In this document: one piece after another, positions 1 to 9,272 of the stretch
Layout: each line of letters starts with the position of its first letter
How positions within the stretch are numbered: the stretch's first letter is position 1
Program-made: the position numbers and the translations under genes
Assembly: GCA_965215195.1 (NCBI GenBank)
Contig: CBDCDC010000002.1
Span: forward strand, 3,520,001 to 3,584,000
DNA length: 64,000 nucleotides
Direction of reading: 5' to 3'
Source of the DNA: Candidatus Latescibacterota bacterium
GTDB taxonomy: Bacteria; Latescibacterota; UBA2968; UBA8231
Notes under the pieces: generated by a model
The model's database searches: none
Told to the model about the DNA's origin: nothing
The model's input: only the letters and a program-made list of their open reading frames with translations

Positions 1-668
1 CGGTCGTCCCGTATATTGATCTCCACCCCCTTAGTCAGAAAGGCCAGTTCGCGCAGTCGTATGGCGATAAACTCAAAGCTGAATTCCACGTTTTCAAATA
101 CCTCGGCGTCCGGCTTGAATTCTATGATCGTGCCGGTCTGGTCTGTGTCGCCGATGACCTCCAAGCCCGTTTCAGGTATGCCACGGGAGTAGCGCTGCAG
201 GTGGACTTTGCCCTTTTGCCAAACTTCGACCGTACACCACTCGGACAACGCGTTGACGACCGAAGCACCCACGCCATGTAGTCCGCCAGAGACCTGATAG
301 GCTTTCTTGTCGAACTTGCCGCCGGCGTGAAGCATAGTCATTACTACCTCAACTCCCGATTTATTTTCGGCAACGTGGAAGTCGGTCGGGATGCCTCGCC
401 CGTTATCTTGGATGCGGGCAGTACCTCGGGTGGTGATTGTTACGTCAATGCGCGAGCAGCGCCCGGCCATGGCCTCGTCAATGCTGTTGTTGACGATTTC
501 TTTTACCAGCTCGTGTAGTCCATTTTCGCTCGTATCGCCAATGTACATGGCCGGGCGCTTGCGTACCCCTTCGAGCCCCTTGAGAACCTGTATGGCGTCG
601 GCTGTATATTCCTCCTCCTGCGCTGCTTCCGCTGCTTCCTTGGAGAAATTTCTGGCTGGTTCCGTCAT
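1..668 (-). CDS. gyrB: DNA gyrase subunit B, N-terminal part (runs off window start)
   Basis: Manual translation from ATG at 668: MTEPARN...YTADAIQVLKGLEGVRKRPAMYIGDT..GLHELVKEIVNNSIDEAMAG; AAGGAGGAG RBS; follows recF and DUF721. Not in the ORF track because it is truncated. Confidence 0.95.
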   Translation of the reverse strand, partial: MTEPARNFSKEAAEAAQEEEYTADAIQVLKGLEGVRKRPAMYIGDTSENGLHELVKEIVNNSIDEAMAGRCSRIDVTITTRGTARIQDNGRGIPTDFHVAENKSGVEVVMTMLHAGGKFDKKAYQVSGGLHGVGASVVNALSEWCTVEVWQKGKVHLQRYSRGIPETGLEVIGDTDQTGTIIEFKPDAEVFENVEFSFEFIAIRLRELAFLTKGVEINIRDD

Positions 669-1024
669 CTACTCCTCCTTTTGTTCTCCACACTTTCAGA
701 CTGGTTTAGCAACTTTAACCCCTTGACGACCTTCTTGCCCAGCAACGCGTTGATCCGTGCTGCAATGTCCCGCTGCATAAAGTTTAGTTGGGTTCGCCAT
801 ACAGCAGATGGCACGGCCACTTCCAAATATCCCTTGGACAAGCGCAGTGGACTGGTGTACTGAACTAAGGTGGGGCCCACTGCTTCTTCCCAAGCCATCC
901 GCGCCCGACACTCCACTAGCTTCTGATTGATCCCTAGATCCTCGACGACGACCTCGAGCAACTCATCCAAGAAGGTCGGAGGACCAACGCAGCGGCCCTT
1001 ACTTTTGTAGGTCGATCGACTCAA
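665..1024 (-). CDS. DUF721/DciA family replicative helicase loader-like protein
   Basis: W..AVGP.L...T.P..L..G.L.VAV.SAVWRTQL.F pattern; canonical position between recF and gyrB; stop overlaps the gyrB start (ATGA). Confidence 0.85.
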   Translation of the reverse strand: MSRSTYKSKGRCVGPPTFLDELLEVVVEDLGINQKLVECRARMAWEEAVGPTLVQYTSPLRLSKGYLEVAVPSAVWRTQLNFMQRDIAARINALLGKKVVKGLKLLNQSESVENKRRSR

Positions 1025-2090
1025 AACGGGCTACCTGTCTCGTATTAGGCTCTTGCGGGGTCGTCGCTATGACCTGTTCAAATTCACCAATTATGTCCAA
1101 TAGTTCTCCTATCCGGCCAGAGTCCAACTCTGAAAAGGCATCATCTAAGAGCAGTACGGGCTGCCGACCCGTTTGCTCCTCCATGTAACGAGCCTCAGCC
1201 AGCTTCCACGCTATGAGTACGGTTCTTAGCTGCCCCTCAGAGGCATAGAGATCGGCCTGTTCTTTATTCAACGTGAATTTCAAATCGTCGCGGTGTGGCC
1301 CACAGAGCGTATGTCCTATTTGAGCCTCCTGTTCCCTGCGGCGACTAAGTGCTTCGCGCAATTCGGCTCTAAGGCCCTCCAGATCCTGCTCCTTGGGACC
1401 TTGATAGACAACGGCGGCCGCTTCGCCTTGGCCGGTGGCGAAGCGGCCGTAATAGCGGACAAAGGGCGCACTCAACTTATTCAGCGCATCCAAGCGATAT
1501 AGTCGAAGTTGGGCACCCAAATCCACTAGCTGGGCATTCCATGGTTCCATTACTTGACTATCGACAAGCCCGCGTCTCGACTTCTTTGCGGTGCGCAACA
1601 AGTGGTTTCTCTGGGCTAACACGCGGTAATAGTGCTGCATATATCGCAAGTACGCTGCGCTAGACTGGGCGATAAGTATGTCGAGGAGCCGCCTTCGCTG
1701 GGCTGGGAAGCGCAGTACCAAGGATACGTCTTCGGGAGAGAAGTGAACTGTGCGGAAGGTACCCAGCAACTCCGATACTCGGGGCAAGGGACTGGCATCA
1801 GCAAATGCCTTCTTGCCTTCTTTCTTACTGTAAAAGACGCGTAATTGCTGGTCGTGGCGACCATCAGTACACAAGGCTCTGATATCAAAGAAATCCTCGC
1901 CGTGCGGCACGACGTGTTGATCCTTGGCCCCGCGCACTGACTTACCGATAGATAGGTAGGAAATCGCTTCTAGGATATTGCTTTTACCGCGGCCGTTTGG
2001 ACCAAAAATCAGCACGTGATTTGCTGCAAAGCTCAAGCGAATCGCGGCAAAATTGCGGAAGGGTCTAAGCGTTAATTCACGGATCCGCAC
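999..2090 (-). CDS. recF: DNA replication/repair protein RecF
   Basis: Walker A GPNGRGKSN, GPHRDDL, SEGQ and LLLDDAFSELD motifs; synteny. Confidence 0.97.
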   Translation of the reverse strand: MRIRELTLRPFRNFAAIRLSFAANHVLIFGPNGRGKSNILEAISYLSIGKSVRGAKDQHVVPHGEDFFDIRALCTDGRHDQQLRVFYSKKEGKKAFADASPLPRVSELLGTFRTVHFSPEDVSLVLRFPAQRRRLLDILIAQSSAAYLRYMQHYYRVLAQRNHLLRTAKKSRRGLVDSQVMEPWNAQLVDLGAQLRLYRLDALNKLSAPFVRYYGRFATGQGEAAAVVYQGPKEQDLEGLRAELREALSRRREQEAQIGHTLCGPHRDDLKFTLNKEQADLYASEGQLRTVLIAWKLAEARYMEEQTGRQPVLLLDDAFSELDSGRIGELLDIIGEFEQVIATTPQEPNTRQVARFESIDLQK

Positions 2091-2104
2091 TAGGCCTGCT
2101 TACC

Positions 2105-3268
2105 TCATCCTGTCGGCCGCAAGGGCATTAGCAAGCAGAAATAGTCCTCACCTTCCTTTTGTTCCACCGGTCGCAACAGGGCTGCTGTAACGTGGTCACT
2201 GAGCTCGAAACAGACCTCGGGCGCGTCCATTCTGCGCAGGATCTCCATCAGATACTGGGCGTTGTAGCCAACCTCTATCTCTTCAGAGGCGTATTGGGCC
2301 GGAACGACCTCCCTCGCTTCGCCACCTATTTCGGGGCTGGCGGCCGATAGCTCCACTTGGCCACTGTTTAGCTTAAAACGCACTTGACGCGTGTAGGAAC
2401 TGGAGAGGATGGATACCCGGCGGACGGCCGGCAGAAGAGCTTCGCTAGCTATTCTTAGTTCTTTTTCGTTATTTTGAGGAATGACTTGGTCATAGTTGAC
2501 ATAAGGTCCCTCGATCAGACGCGACAGCAAATGCGTATGTCCTATATCAAACAGTATCTGCGTCTCGCCTAGCGTGACGTTGACCGGCCCTTTATGGCTA
2601 CCCAGCAACTTGACGATCTGGTTCAACGCTTGGGGAGGGACGATGACCGCGGTCTCTTGGTCGCCCTGTACCTGATCCTGTAGAGCTATGTCTTTTTTGC
2701 AACAGGCTAAGCGCGACCCGTCGGTAGCCACCATCTTCATTCCCTCGGCATCGATGCGCCAGAGTACCCCGTTGAACACTGGTCGCGTATCATCCCCGGA
2801 GACGGCGAAGGCCGTCTTGTTGATCATGGCTACCAGAACATGGGTCTCGGCTTCGTCCTCTCCCAAACTCAGGCTTACGCCATCGAGGGCTGTCGGCATA
2901 TTCGGGAACTCTTTAGCCTCTATTCCCGACAGGCTATACGCTCCTTCGCTGCTCTCGGCGTCCCCGAGCCGCCCTGAGAGCTTGAGTCGCTCGTCCTGCA
3001 CCTCAATACTCAGTTCCGCCTCAGGCCATTCTCGGGTGATTTCTGCCAGCTTGCGGGCCGAAACAGTCGTCCTCCCTTCCTCTTCCACTATCGCAGGGAC
3101 TTGAGTCCGGATGGACAAATCTAAATCCGTCGCAGATAGAGATAGGGTTCTCTCATCGGCTTCAAGCAGAATATTGGCCAACACTGGTAGGGAGGGCTTT
3201 GAAGACACGGCTTCTAATACAGTATCAATGCCCCGCCATAACTCATTGCGATCTACTCTTAACTTCAT
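2105..3268 (-). CDS. dnaN: DNA polymerase III beta sliding clamp
   Basis: ATDLDL, VATDGSRLA, SRLIEGPYVNY and C-terminal LLMPLR motifs. Confidence 0.97.
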   Translation of the reverse strand: MKLRVDRNELWRGIDTVLEAVSSKPSLPVLANILLEADERTLSLSATDLDLSIRTQVPAIVEEEGRTTVSARKLAEITREWPEAELSIEVQDERLKLSGRLGDAESSEGAYSLSGIEAKEFPNMPTALDGVSLSLGEDEAETHVLVAMINKTAFAVSGDDTRPVFNGVLWRIDAEGMKMVATDGSRLACCKKDIALQDQVQGDQETAVIVPPQALNQIVKLLGSHKGPVNVTLGETQILFDIGHTHLLSRLIEGPYVNYDQVIPQNNEKELRIASEALLPAVRRVSILSSSYTRQVRFKLNSGQVELSAASPEIGGEAREVVPAQYASEEIEVGYNAQYLMEILRRMDAPEVCFELSDHVTAALLRPVEQKEGEDYFCLLMPLRPTG

Positions 3269-3315
3269 AAAGCTTCTCGGATTATCCTTTTGAGAACATT
3301 GTAGAAACTTAAATA

Positions 3316-3344
3316 AAGTTAGGTTTTATACCTATTTATGTCAA
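3316..3344 (-). promoter_or_regulatory. Putative sigma70 promoter for dnaN
   Basis: Minus strand TTGACA-17 nt-TAACTT about 50 nt upstream of dnaN. Confidence 0.6.
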
Positions 3345-3828
3345 GCAATTTTACATATACATTATATATAGTGTCCCATTTTTAACACAAAATAGAACAT
3401 AAGAGCAGGTGTGTAAAAAAATAAGAATAGTGTGTGTGTTTAAGAGAAAATAACCCACACCAGTCTTTCCAATAAAACTACACTTTTTTGTGTTCTTTTG
3501 TTTTAGTGGTTCTAGTTGTGGTGTGGATATGTGGATAACTGTCTTAGGAATTTATTTCTATGTGATAAAACATATTGTTAATGAAATACTTATATTATAA
3601 ATGGGAAACTTTGCAGTAGGCATTCATCTGTGGATTGTGGAGTGGAAAGATCAGGTTTTTCACACGCAAGAGGTTAAAAATGACGGTTTTCTTTTTTGTT
3701 CAGACTTATCCACATTGAATCAATACCTAGGCGGGGATAGATGTTAATAGTTTTCCACTGACAAATAGGCACTATGGTAGTGAAAAATACAGACTAAGAG
3801 GACCGAGAGAACTAAAGATGGGGATGGC
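3345..3828. other. Replication origin oriC (dnaA-dnaN intergenic)
   Basis: Very AT-rich; perfect DnaA boxes TGTGGATAA 3530-3538 and TTATCCACA 3706-3714; near-consensus boxes at 3522-3530, 3629-3637, 3656-3664 and 3751-3759; AT-rich candidate unwinding element around 3345-3430. Confidence 0.9.
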
Positions 3829-5220
3829 CTAGCGGTTTTGCCGGCGGATGGTATTGGACAAATCCTCGATTTGTCTGGCGAAGGCGGGATCGTTTTTATA
3901 CTTCGCCTCAACCGTGCGTACAGCGTGGATGACCGTGCTGTGATCGCGGTTGCCGAAGTGCAGGCCGATGGTAGTGAAGTGGCTGCCGATGAGACTCCTG
4001 ACTAGAAACATAGCAATGTGTCGTGCCCTTACCACGTCTTGCTTGCGTCCTTTTCCAGTGAGTTGCTCCTGAGTCAGATTAAAGTGATCGGCAACGTGCT
4101 GTTGGATCGCCTCAATGCTCAGTTCCGCTAGGCTGGGGCCCTGTTCTTGTATAATATGCTTGGCCGCCTCTAGGTCGAGTTCCTTCTGATGGATTGAGCA
4201 GTAGGCCATTAAGCTAATCAACGTACCTTCGAGTTCGCGGACATTCGATCGGATGTGATTGCCCAACAGAGCCGCCACATCATCGGGAATCCGTATGCCG
4301 TTGCGCTCGGCCTTCTTGTGGAGAATGGCAATCCGGGTCTCGAGCTCGGGCGTATCTATTGCGGTGGACAGACCCCATATGAAGCGGGATTTCAGCCTTT
4401 CTTCTAACCCATCGAGATGGCCGGGAGGACTGTCACAGGTCATGACAATCTGCTTTTCGGACTGGTGCAAGGCATTAAAGGTGTGAAAGAACTCATTTTG
4501 GGTCTGTTCGCCGTGGAGCAGAAACTGGATGTCATCGATGAGGAGGATGTCCACGCTGCGATAAAAGTTCTGAAATTCACTGGCGGTCTTGGAGCGTATT
4601 GATTGGATGAAATCGCTCATAAACTTTTCCGAGGGGACGTAAACGACCTTCTCGGCGAGGTTGAGGTTATGAGCGTGATGCCCAATCGCTTGCAACAGGT
4701 GCGTTTTGCCTAGTCCTACCCCTCCATAGATCACGAGGGGATTGAATTCCGTCTTACCCGGGGCATTGGCTACGGCTAATGCCGTTGCATAGGCAAATCG
4801 ATTGCTAGCACCAGTGATGAATTCTTCAAAGGTATAGCGCTTGTTTAGCGATTGGGCGGGAGTTGCTTCTATTTTTTTTTGTTCATCTTCTATGGTTTCT
4901 CCTTCATTCGCAGGTAAGCCCTGCTCAATAGGGAGTACTCGATCTCTACTAGGTTGGGGTGCTTGTGCAACGACAAAGGATATCTTTGGAGTCAGTGCTG
5001 TCTCTTCCCGTACTACTGATCGGATCATCTGCAAGTAGTTCTCCTCTATCCAAGCGGCAGAAAATGCGCTGGGAACTTGGATGACCAACAAGTCTTCGTC
5101 GAAGCGGATTACTGAAGTCTGGCTAAACCAATTAGCAAAACTCTGGGGACGGACTTGACGCTCTATGTTGAGCAGACATTGAGCCCAGAGTTCTTGGGGA
5201 TCCTGTATATTCAGCACCAT
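3829..5220 (-). CDS. dnaA: Chromosomal replication initiator DnaA
   Basis: FNPLVIYGGVGLGKTHL, LLIDDIQF, NVRELEG and RDHSTVIHA motifs. Confidence 0.98.
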   Translation of the reverse strand: MVLNIQDPQELWAQCLLNIERQVRPQSFANWFSQTSVIRFDEDLLVIQVPSAFSAAWIEENYLQMIRSVVREETALTPKISFVVAQAPQPSRDRVLPIEQGLPANEGETIEDEQKKIEATPAQSLNKRYTFEEFITGASNRFAYATALAVANAPGKTEFNPLVIYGGVGLGKTHLLQAIGHHAHNLNLAEKVVYVPSEKFMSDFIQSIRSKTASEFQNFYRSVDILLIDDIQFLLHGEQTQNEFFHTFNALHQSEKQIVMTCDSPPGHLDGLEERLKSRFIWGLSTAIDTPELETRIAILHKKAERNGIRIPDDVAALLGNHIRSNVRELEGTLISLMAYCSIHQKELDLEAAKHIIQEQGPSLAELSIEAIQQHVADHFNLTQEQLTGKGRKQDVVRARHIAMFLVRSLIGSHFTTIGLHFGNRDHSTVIHAVRTVEAKYKNDPAFARQIEDLSNTIRRQNR

Positions 5221-5341
5221 TTATTAAAGCGGAGGTCGCAATTTTTAAGGGGGATTTTCAACCTATAAAGAAGGCATATGGCAGTCAAGAGTCTCCCTCG
5301 GGGTTGCCATTGAAATTCGTTAGCGTTCAAAGAGTTAAGTA

Positions 5342-5370
5342 TTGACACCAATTAGCATAGCCACTAAATT
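5342..5370 (+). promoter_or_regulatory. Putative sigma70 promoter of the rpmH operon
   Basis: TTGACA-17 nt-TAAATT upstream of rpmH. Confidence 0.65.
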
Positions 5371-5421
5371 GAACCGTTTCTACGTATGCTGCGCATAACT
5401 AACGCGAGGTGGAATTTTATT

Positions 5422-5556
5422 TTGAAACGCACTTTTCAGCCTAGCAACAGGCGTCGCCGCAACAAGCACGGCTTTCGCAAGCGCATGAGCACTCCGGCCG
5501 GTCGCAATATCATCAATCGTCGTCGTCGGAAGGGCCGCAAGCAGTTAGCAGTCTAG
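5422..5556 (+). CDS. rpmH: 50S ribosomal protein L34
   Basis: Manual translation from TTG: [44 protein letters not shown] (44 aa, below the ORF track cutoff). Confidence 0.97.
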   Translation: MKRTFQPSNRRRRNKHGFRKRMSTPAGRNIINRRRRKGRKQLAV

Positions 5557-5562
5557 CGTTTA

Positions 5563-5835
5563 GTGGCTGCTTGGGTTAGAGGCCGCTGCTTTTGGATCCG
5601 CTGCGGTCGAGAAGATCGCGGTCAAATTTTTGTCGTCCGACGCAAACTGGGCAATGCTGTAAAGCGCAATCGGCTCAAGCGGCGCCTGCGCAGCATTTGC
5701 CGAAGTCGCCCGTACTTTCCTCGTAGTCTAGTCGTCTTCTGCCAACCGTCAGCCATCGAAGCTCCCTTTGCTGACTTGGAAAGGGAACTGGACTCCTTGG
5801 TAGCAAAAATCCCTATTTCTCTTGTCCCACGATGA
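5563..5835 (+). CDS. rnpA: Ribonuclease P protein component (short)
   Basis: RNR motif [17 protein letters not shown]; position between rpmH and yidD. Confidence 0.85.
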   Translation: MAAWVRGRCFWIRCGREDRGQIFVVRRKLGNAVKRNRLKRRLRSICRSRPYFPRSLVVFCQPSAIEAPFADLERELDSLVAKIPISLVPR

Positions 5836-6041
5836 AGCAAATCGCCATTTTCCTCGTCCGCGCCTACCGCCTTCTCCTGTCTCCATACCTTCCCCCATCC
5901 TGTCGTTATCGACCTACTTGTTCCCAATATGCCGAAGAAGCACTAGATAAGTACGGGCCATTCAAAGGCGGGATGCTTGCGCTAAAGCGAATTAGTCGAT
6001 GCCATCCTTGGGGAGGGCATGGATTTGATCCTTTGCGCTAG
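5832..6041 (+). CDS. yidD: Membrane protein insertion efficiency factor YidD
   Basis: [11 protein letters not shown]...[15 protein letters not shown]. Confidence 0.95.
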   Translation: MKQIAIFLVRAYRLLLSPYLPPSCRYRPTCSQYAEEALDKYGPFKGGMLALKRISRCHPWGGHGFDPLR

Positions 6042-6086
6042 TCGTATGTTAATAACATGTTGTTTATAAAAGGGTAAGTAAAACCT

Positions 6087-7799
6087 ATGGAAGATAAGCG
6101 GACCCTGTTGGCCTTTCTCTTTATCGGCCTGATTTTCCTCTTGCTTCCCTACTACAATGAATGGATGGGGCTCAATCCTAAGCCTCAGTCTCCGTCTCAG
6201 GCACCCGTGCAGCAAAAGCCGGTGCCTGAAACAGAACCTGTTGCTGACGAGCAATCTGAGGCCGAGCACCTACGAGATCCCGAGCCTACGGAACAGTTCC
6301 ACTCGGAAAGGCCAGCACCCGTTAAGCCTCGGGGCATTGAAAGGGTCGAATCGGCCGAAAGTCCGTCCTTTACCCCGGAAGAAATTGTAGTGCAAACTCC
6401 GCTTCAGAGCTTTGTTATCTCTACAAAGGGCGGTACTATTATATCGTGTAAACTCTTAAAATACAGATACGTAGATGGAAGTACTGTCGAACTGCTACCT
6501 CCAACCGGCAGCGGCTTGGGAATTCATCTACAAAGAGCGAACGACCGGAAGGATATTTCCTCGGCGGAGTTTGTTGCCAACCTGTCGAGTCTGCAGGTTG
6601 GCCCCGGTGAAGAGCGCTCCTTAATTATGGTGGCCCAACTCGGTGGCGGCAAGAGACTGGAAAAGGTATTGACCTTTAATGGGGATCGCTATGGATTCGA
6701 ACTCCAAGTGCGCCACGAAGGGTTTGACGACGATACCGAAGCCATACTCACTTGGGAACGTGGCATAGCATTTACCGAGCACGAGCCGGAAATTGACCTA
6801 CCCGAAATGCGTACTTTCGCCTATATAAACGAAGAACGGGTCGAACTCAAGGTAGATGATGGGGAAACGGACGAATTGGAGGACAAAGGATTGCTAAAAT
6901 GGGCGGGTATTCGCAACAAGTACTTCTTGATTTCCTGCGTCCCCGCCGATAGAGAGCAGCGTTCCCGCGTCGTCCTACAGGGCAATCACCAAGGATCGAA
7001 TTTGCTGCCCGACTATTCTTTTCAAATAGGTCGGCGACTCGAACGGTCTATTTCTTGGAATAACACCATTTATCTAGGTCCACTCAACTACGACGAGCTC
7101 ATCGGCTATGAGGCTGAACTAGAGCAGGCCATTGATTTCGGATGGCCGATCGTAAGTCAAATAAGCCGCTTTCTTCTTATTCTATTCATAGCGACGTATC
7201 AATATATCCCCAATTATGGTTGGATCATCGTCCTTTTCGCCGTTGTTATCAAGATTCTCGTCTATCCGCTTACGCACAAAACGTATGAATCTGCGGCGAA
7301 AATGCAGGAGATTCAGCCGAAAATTGCTGCACTACGCGAGAAGTACAAGAACGACAATCAACGCCTGAGCCGCGAAACCATGAAGCTCTATAAAGAAGAA
7401 GGAGTCAATCCTCTTGGGGGGTGTCTGCCTCTCTTGTTGCAGATGCCCATTTTCATTGCGCTTTATAATCTTTTTGGCAAAACAATCGAGTTGCGCCAGG
7501 CACCCTTTACTCTTTGGATACAGGATCTCTCCCTGCCTGACGAGTTGCTGATCGGCGGTTTTGGTCTTCACATTCTGCCATTATTAATGGCCGTCTCCAT
7601 GCTCGTCCAACAGAAGATGACTATGAAGGACCCCAAGCAGGCCGTTCTAGTTTACATGATGCCAGTACTGATGATTTTTATCTTTTGGAGCATGTCGTCG
7701 GGATTAGTGCTATACTGGACTACCTTCAATGTCCTGACCATTGGCCAGCAGCTATTGGTCAATCACTTTAAGAAAAAAGCCGCTCCTTCCAGCCCTTGA
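6087..7799 (+). CDS. yidC: Membrane protein insertase YidC
   Basis: N-terminal TM, periplasmic domain, GVNPLGGCLPLLLQMPIF, WIQDLS, GLVLYW. Confidence 0.96.
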   Translation: MEDKRTLLAFLFIGLIFLLLPYYNEWMGLNPKPQSPSQAPVQQKPVPETEPVADEQSEAEHLRDPEPTEQFHSERPAPVKPRGIERVESAESPSFTPEEIVVQTPLQSFVISTKGGTIISCKLLKYRYVDGSTVELLPPTGSGLGIHLQRANDRKDISSAEFVANLSSLQVGPGEERSLIMVAQLGGGKRLEKVLTFNGDRYGFELQVRHEGFDDDTEAILTWERGIAFTEHEPEIDLPEMRTFAYINEERVELKVDDGETDELEDKGLLKWAGIRNKYFLISCVPADREQRSRVVLQGNHQGSNLLPDYSFQIGRRLERSISWNNTIYLGPLNYDELIGYEAELEQAIDFGWPIVSQISRFLLILFIATYQYIPNYGWIIVLFAVVIKILVYPLTHKTYESAAKMQEIQPKIAALREKYKNDNQRLSRETMKLYKEEGVNPLGGCLPLLLQMPIFIALYNLFGKTIELRQAPFTLWIQDLSLPDELLIGGFGLHILPLLMAVSMLVQQKMTMKDPKQAVLVYMMPVLMIFIFWSMSSGLVLYWTTFNVLTIGQQLLVNHFKKKAAPSSP

Positions 7800-9184
7800 A
7801 ATTTCAGCCGGATCTCGAGTCCTTGATACAGCCGGATACTGTTGTCGCTATCTCTACGCCACGGGGGGAGGGGGGGATCGGGATAGTGCGTTTGAGCGGG
7901 CCTGCCGCCCTATCAATTGGCCAGCAGCTTTTTTGCTCCCGCCCTCCGCTAGGTAAGCGGATCCGATACGTCGAATACGGGCGTATATGGGCTGGTGGTC
8001 GAGCAATCGACACTGGCGTCGCTTGGGTCTTTGCAGCTCCTCATTCTTATACCGGTGAAGATACCGTCGAGATTAGCTGCCACGGCAGTATGGTCGTATT
8101 AGAGTCAGTCGTCGAGGAAGCGCTTCGCTTGGGTGCTGTCGCCGCCGCCCCAGGTGAGTTTACTCGTCGAGCTTTTCTCAACGGCCGGTTGGACTTATTA
8201 GAAGCTGAGTCTGTAATTGACCTCATCCAAGCCAGTTCTAAAGCACATCTCGACAATGCCTATGGCTTGGCCAGTGGCCGTTTATCTAAGATGGTAAAAG
8301 AGATTAAGAGACAGCTAGTTAAGACGCTATCACTGCTCGAGATCGGGCTCGATTTTTCCGACGAAGACATCGATAGTATTGGGCGTCGAGAAATACAGAC
8401 CGCGCTGCGCGAGGCAGTTGAGTCCTCTTTGCGGCTTGCCGAAACATTCGAGGGAACAAGGCGTCGCCAAGAGGGATATTTAATAGTACTCATCGGGTGC
8501 CCCAACGTAGGTAAATCCACCTTGCTCAACATTTTGCTCGGCGAAGATCGGGCAATAGTCACTCCCTTACCGGGAACGACGCGAGACTTAGTAGAAGGTC
8601 GGACTACATGGGCAGGAGAGACGATCCGGCTGGTCGATACAGCTGGGATTAGGCAAAGCCACAACCTGATCGAAAAAGAGGGAATCGAACGAGCGGCTCA
8701 GGCGGTTGGGGAAGCTGACGTGGTTTTGGCGGTATTCGACAGTTCGACCGAGGCGTGTGAGGACGATATGGCTGTGTTGGGCCTGCTCCCGTCTGATAAG
8801 AAGTCAATTGCTGTCTTCAACAAGATTGATTTGCCGGGTACTAGTACTCGATCTAAAATTGAAGCACGGACCTCGGTATCCGTTGAAATATCAGCACTTA
8901 GGGAGTTCGGTATTGAGAAATTAAAGAGGGAAGTGACGGCCCAATTGCCCCATAGGGCGGAAATAGATGGAATCGGGATCACCCGTCAACGCCACCAAGA
9001 TTGCCTTTTGCGGGTAGCTAAATCCGGTGCTGTCGCAGAGGAACTTCTGAGGTCCAGCCAGCCCGATGAGTGCGTCGTAGCCGAACTTCAAGACGCCTTG
9101 AATGCCCTAGGTGAGATGCTGGGAGAGACAGTAGAAGAGGAAGTTCTCGATTCCATCTTCTCCCAATTTTGCATCGGCAAGTAA
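7796..9184 (+). CDS. mnmE: tRNA modification GTPase MnmE
   Basis: GEFTRRAFLNGRLDL, GCPNVGKS, GTTRD, DTAG, C-terminal FCIGK. Confidence 0.97.
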   Translation: MKFQPDLESLIQPDTVVAISTPRGEGGIGIVRLSGPAALSIGQQLFCSRPPLGKRIRYVEYGRIWAGGRAIDTGVAWVFAAPHSYTGEDTVEISCHGSMVVLESVVEEALRLGAVAAAPGEFTRRAFLNGRLDLLEAESVIDLIQASSKAHLDNAYGLASGRLSKMVKEIKRQLVKTLSLLEIGLDFSDEDIDSIGRREIQTALREAVESSLRLAETFEGTRRRQEGYLIVLIGCPNVGKSTLLNILLGEDRAIVTPLPGTTRDLVEGRTTWAGETIRLVDTAGIRQSHNLIEKEGIERAAQAVGEADVVLAVFDSSTEACEDDMAVLGLLPSDKKSIAVFNKIDLPGTSTRSKIEARTSVSVEISALREFGIEKLKREVTAQLPHRAEIDGIGITRQRHQDCLLRVAKSGAVAEELLRSSQPDECVVAELQDALNALGEMLGETVEEEVLDSIFSQFCIGK

Positions 9185-9200
9185 TGTTCCACGTGGAACA
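9185..9200. promoter_or_regulatory. parS centromere-like site (ParB binding)
   Basis: Perfect palindrome TGTTCCACGTGGAACA, matching the parS consensus. Confidence 0.93.
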
Positions 9201-9247
9201 CTTGCGTTGGTTCGATGCGGCTTGGAAAATTTCGTGGAGCAGTTCAA

Positions 9248-9263
9248 TGTTCCACGTGGAACG
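9248..9263. promoter_or_regulatory. Second parS site
   Basis: TGTTCCACGTGGAACG, one mismatch to the palindrome. Confidence 0.88.
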
Positions 9264-9272
9264 TGTTTTGAT

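Noticed and set aside
7863-7876. G-rich run in mnmE as a possible phase-variation tract
   Set aside because: Encodes the conserved RGEGGI motif with the frame intact
9207-9272. N-terminal extension of rsmG
   Set aside because: Runs through a parS site (translates as NVPRGT); ATG 9273 is more plausible
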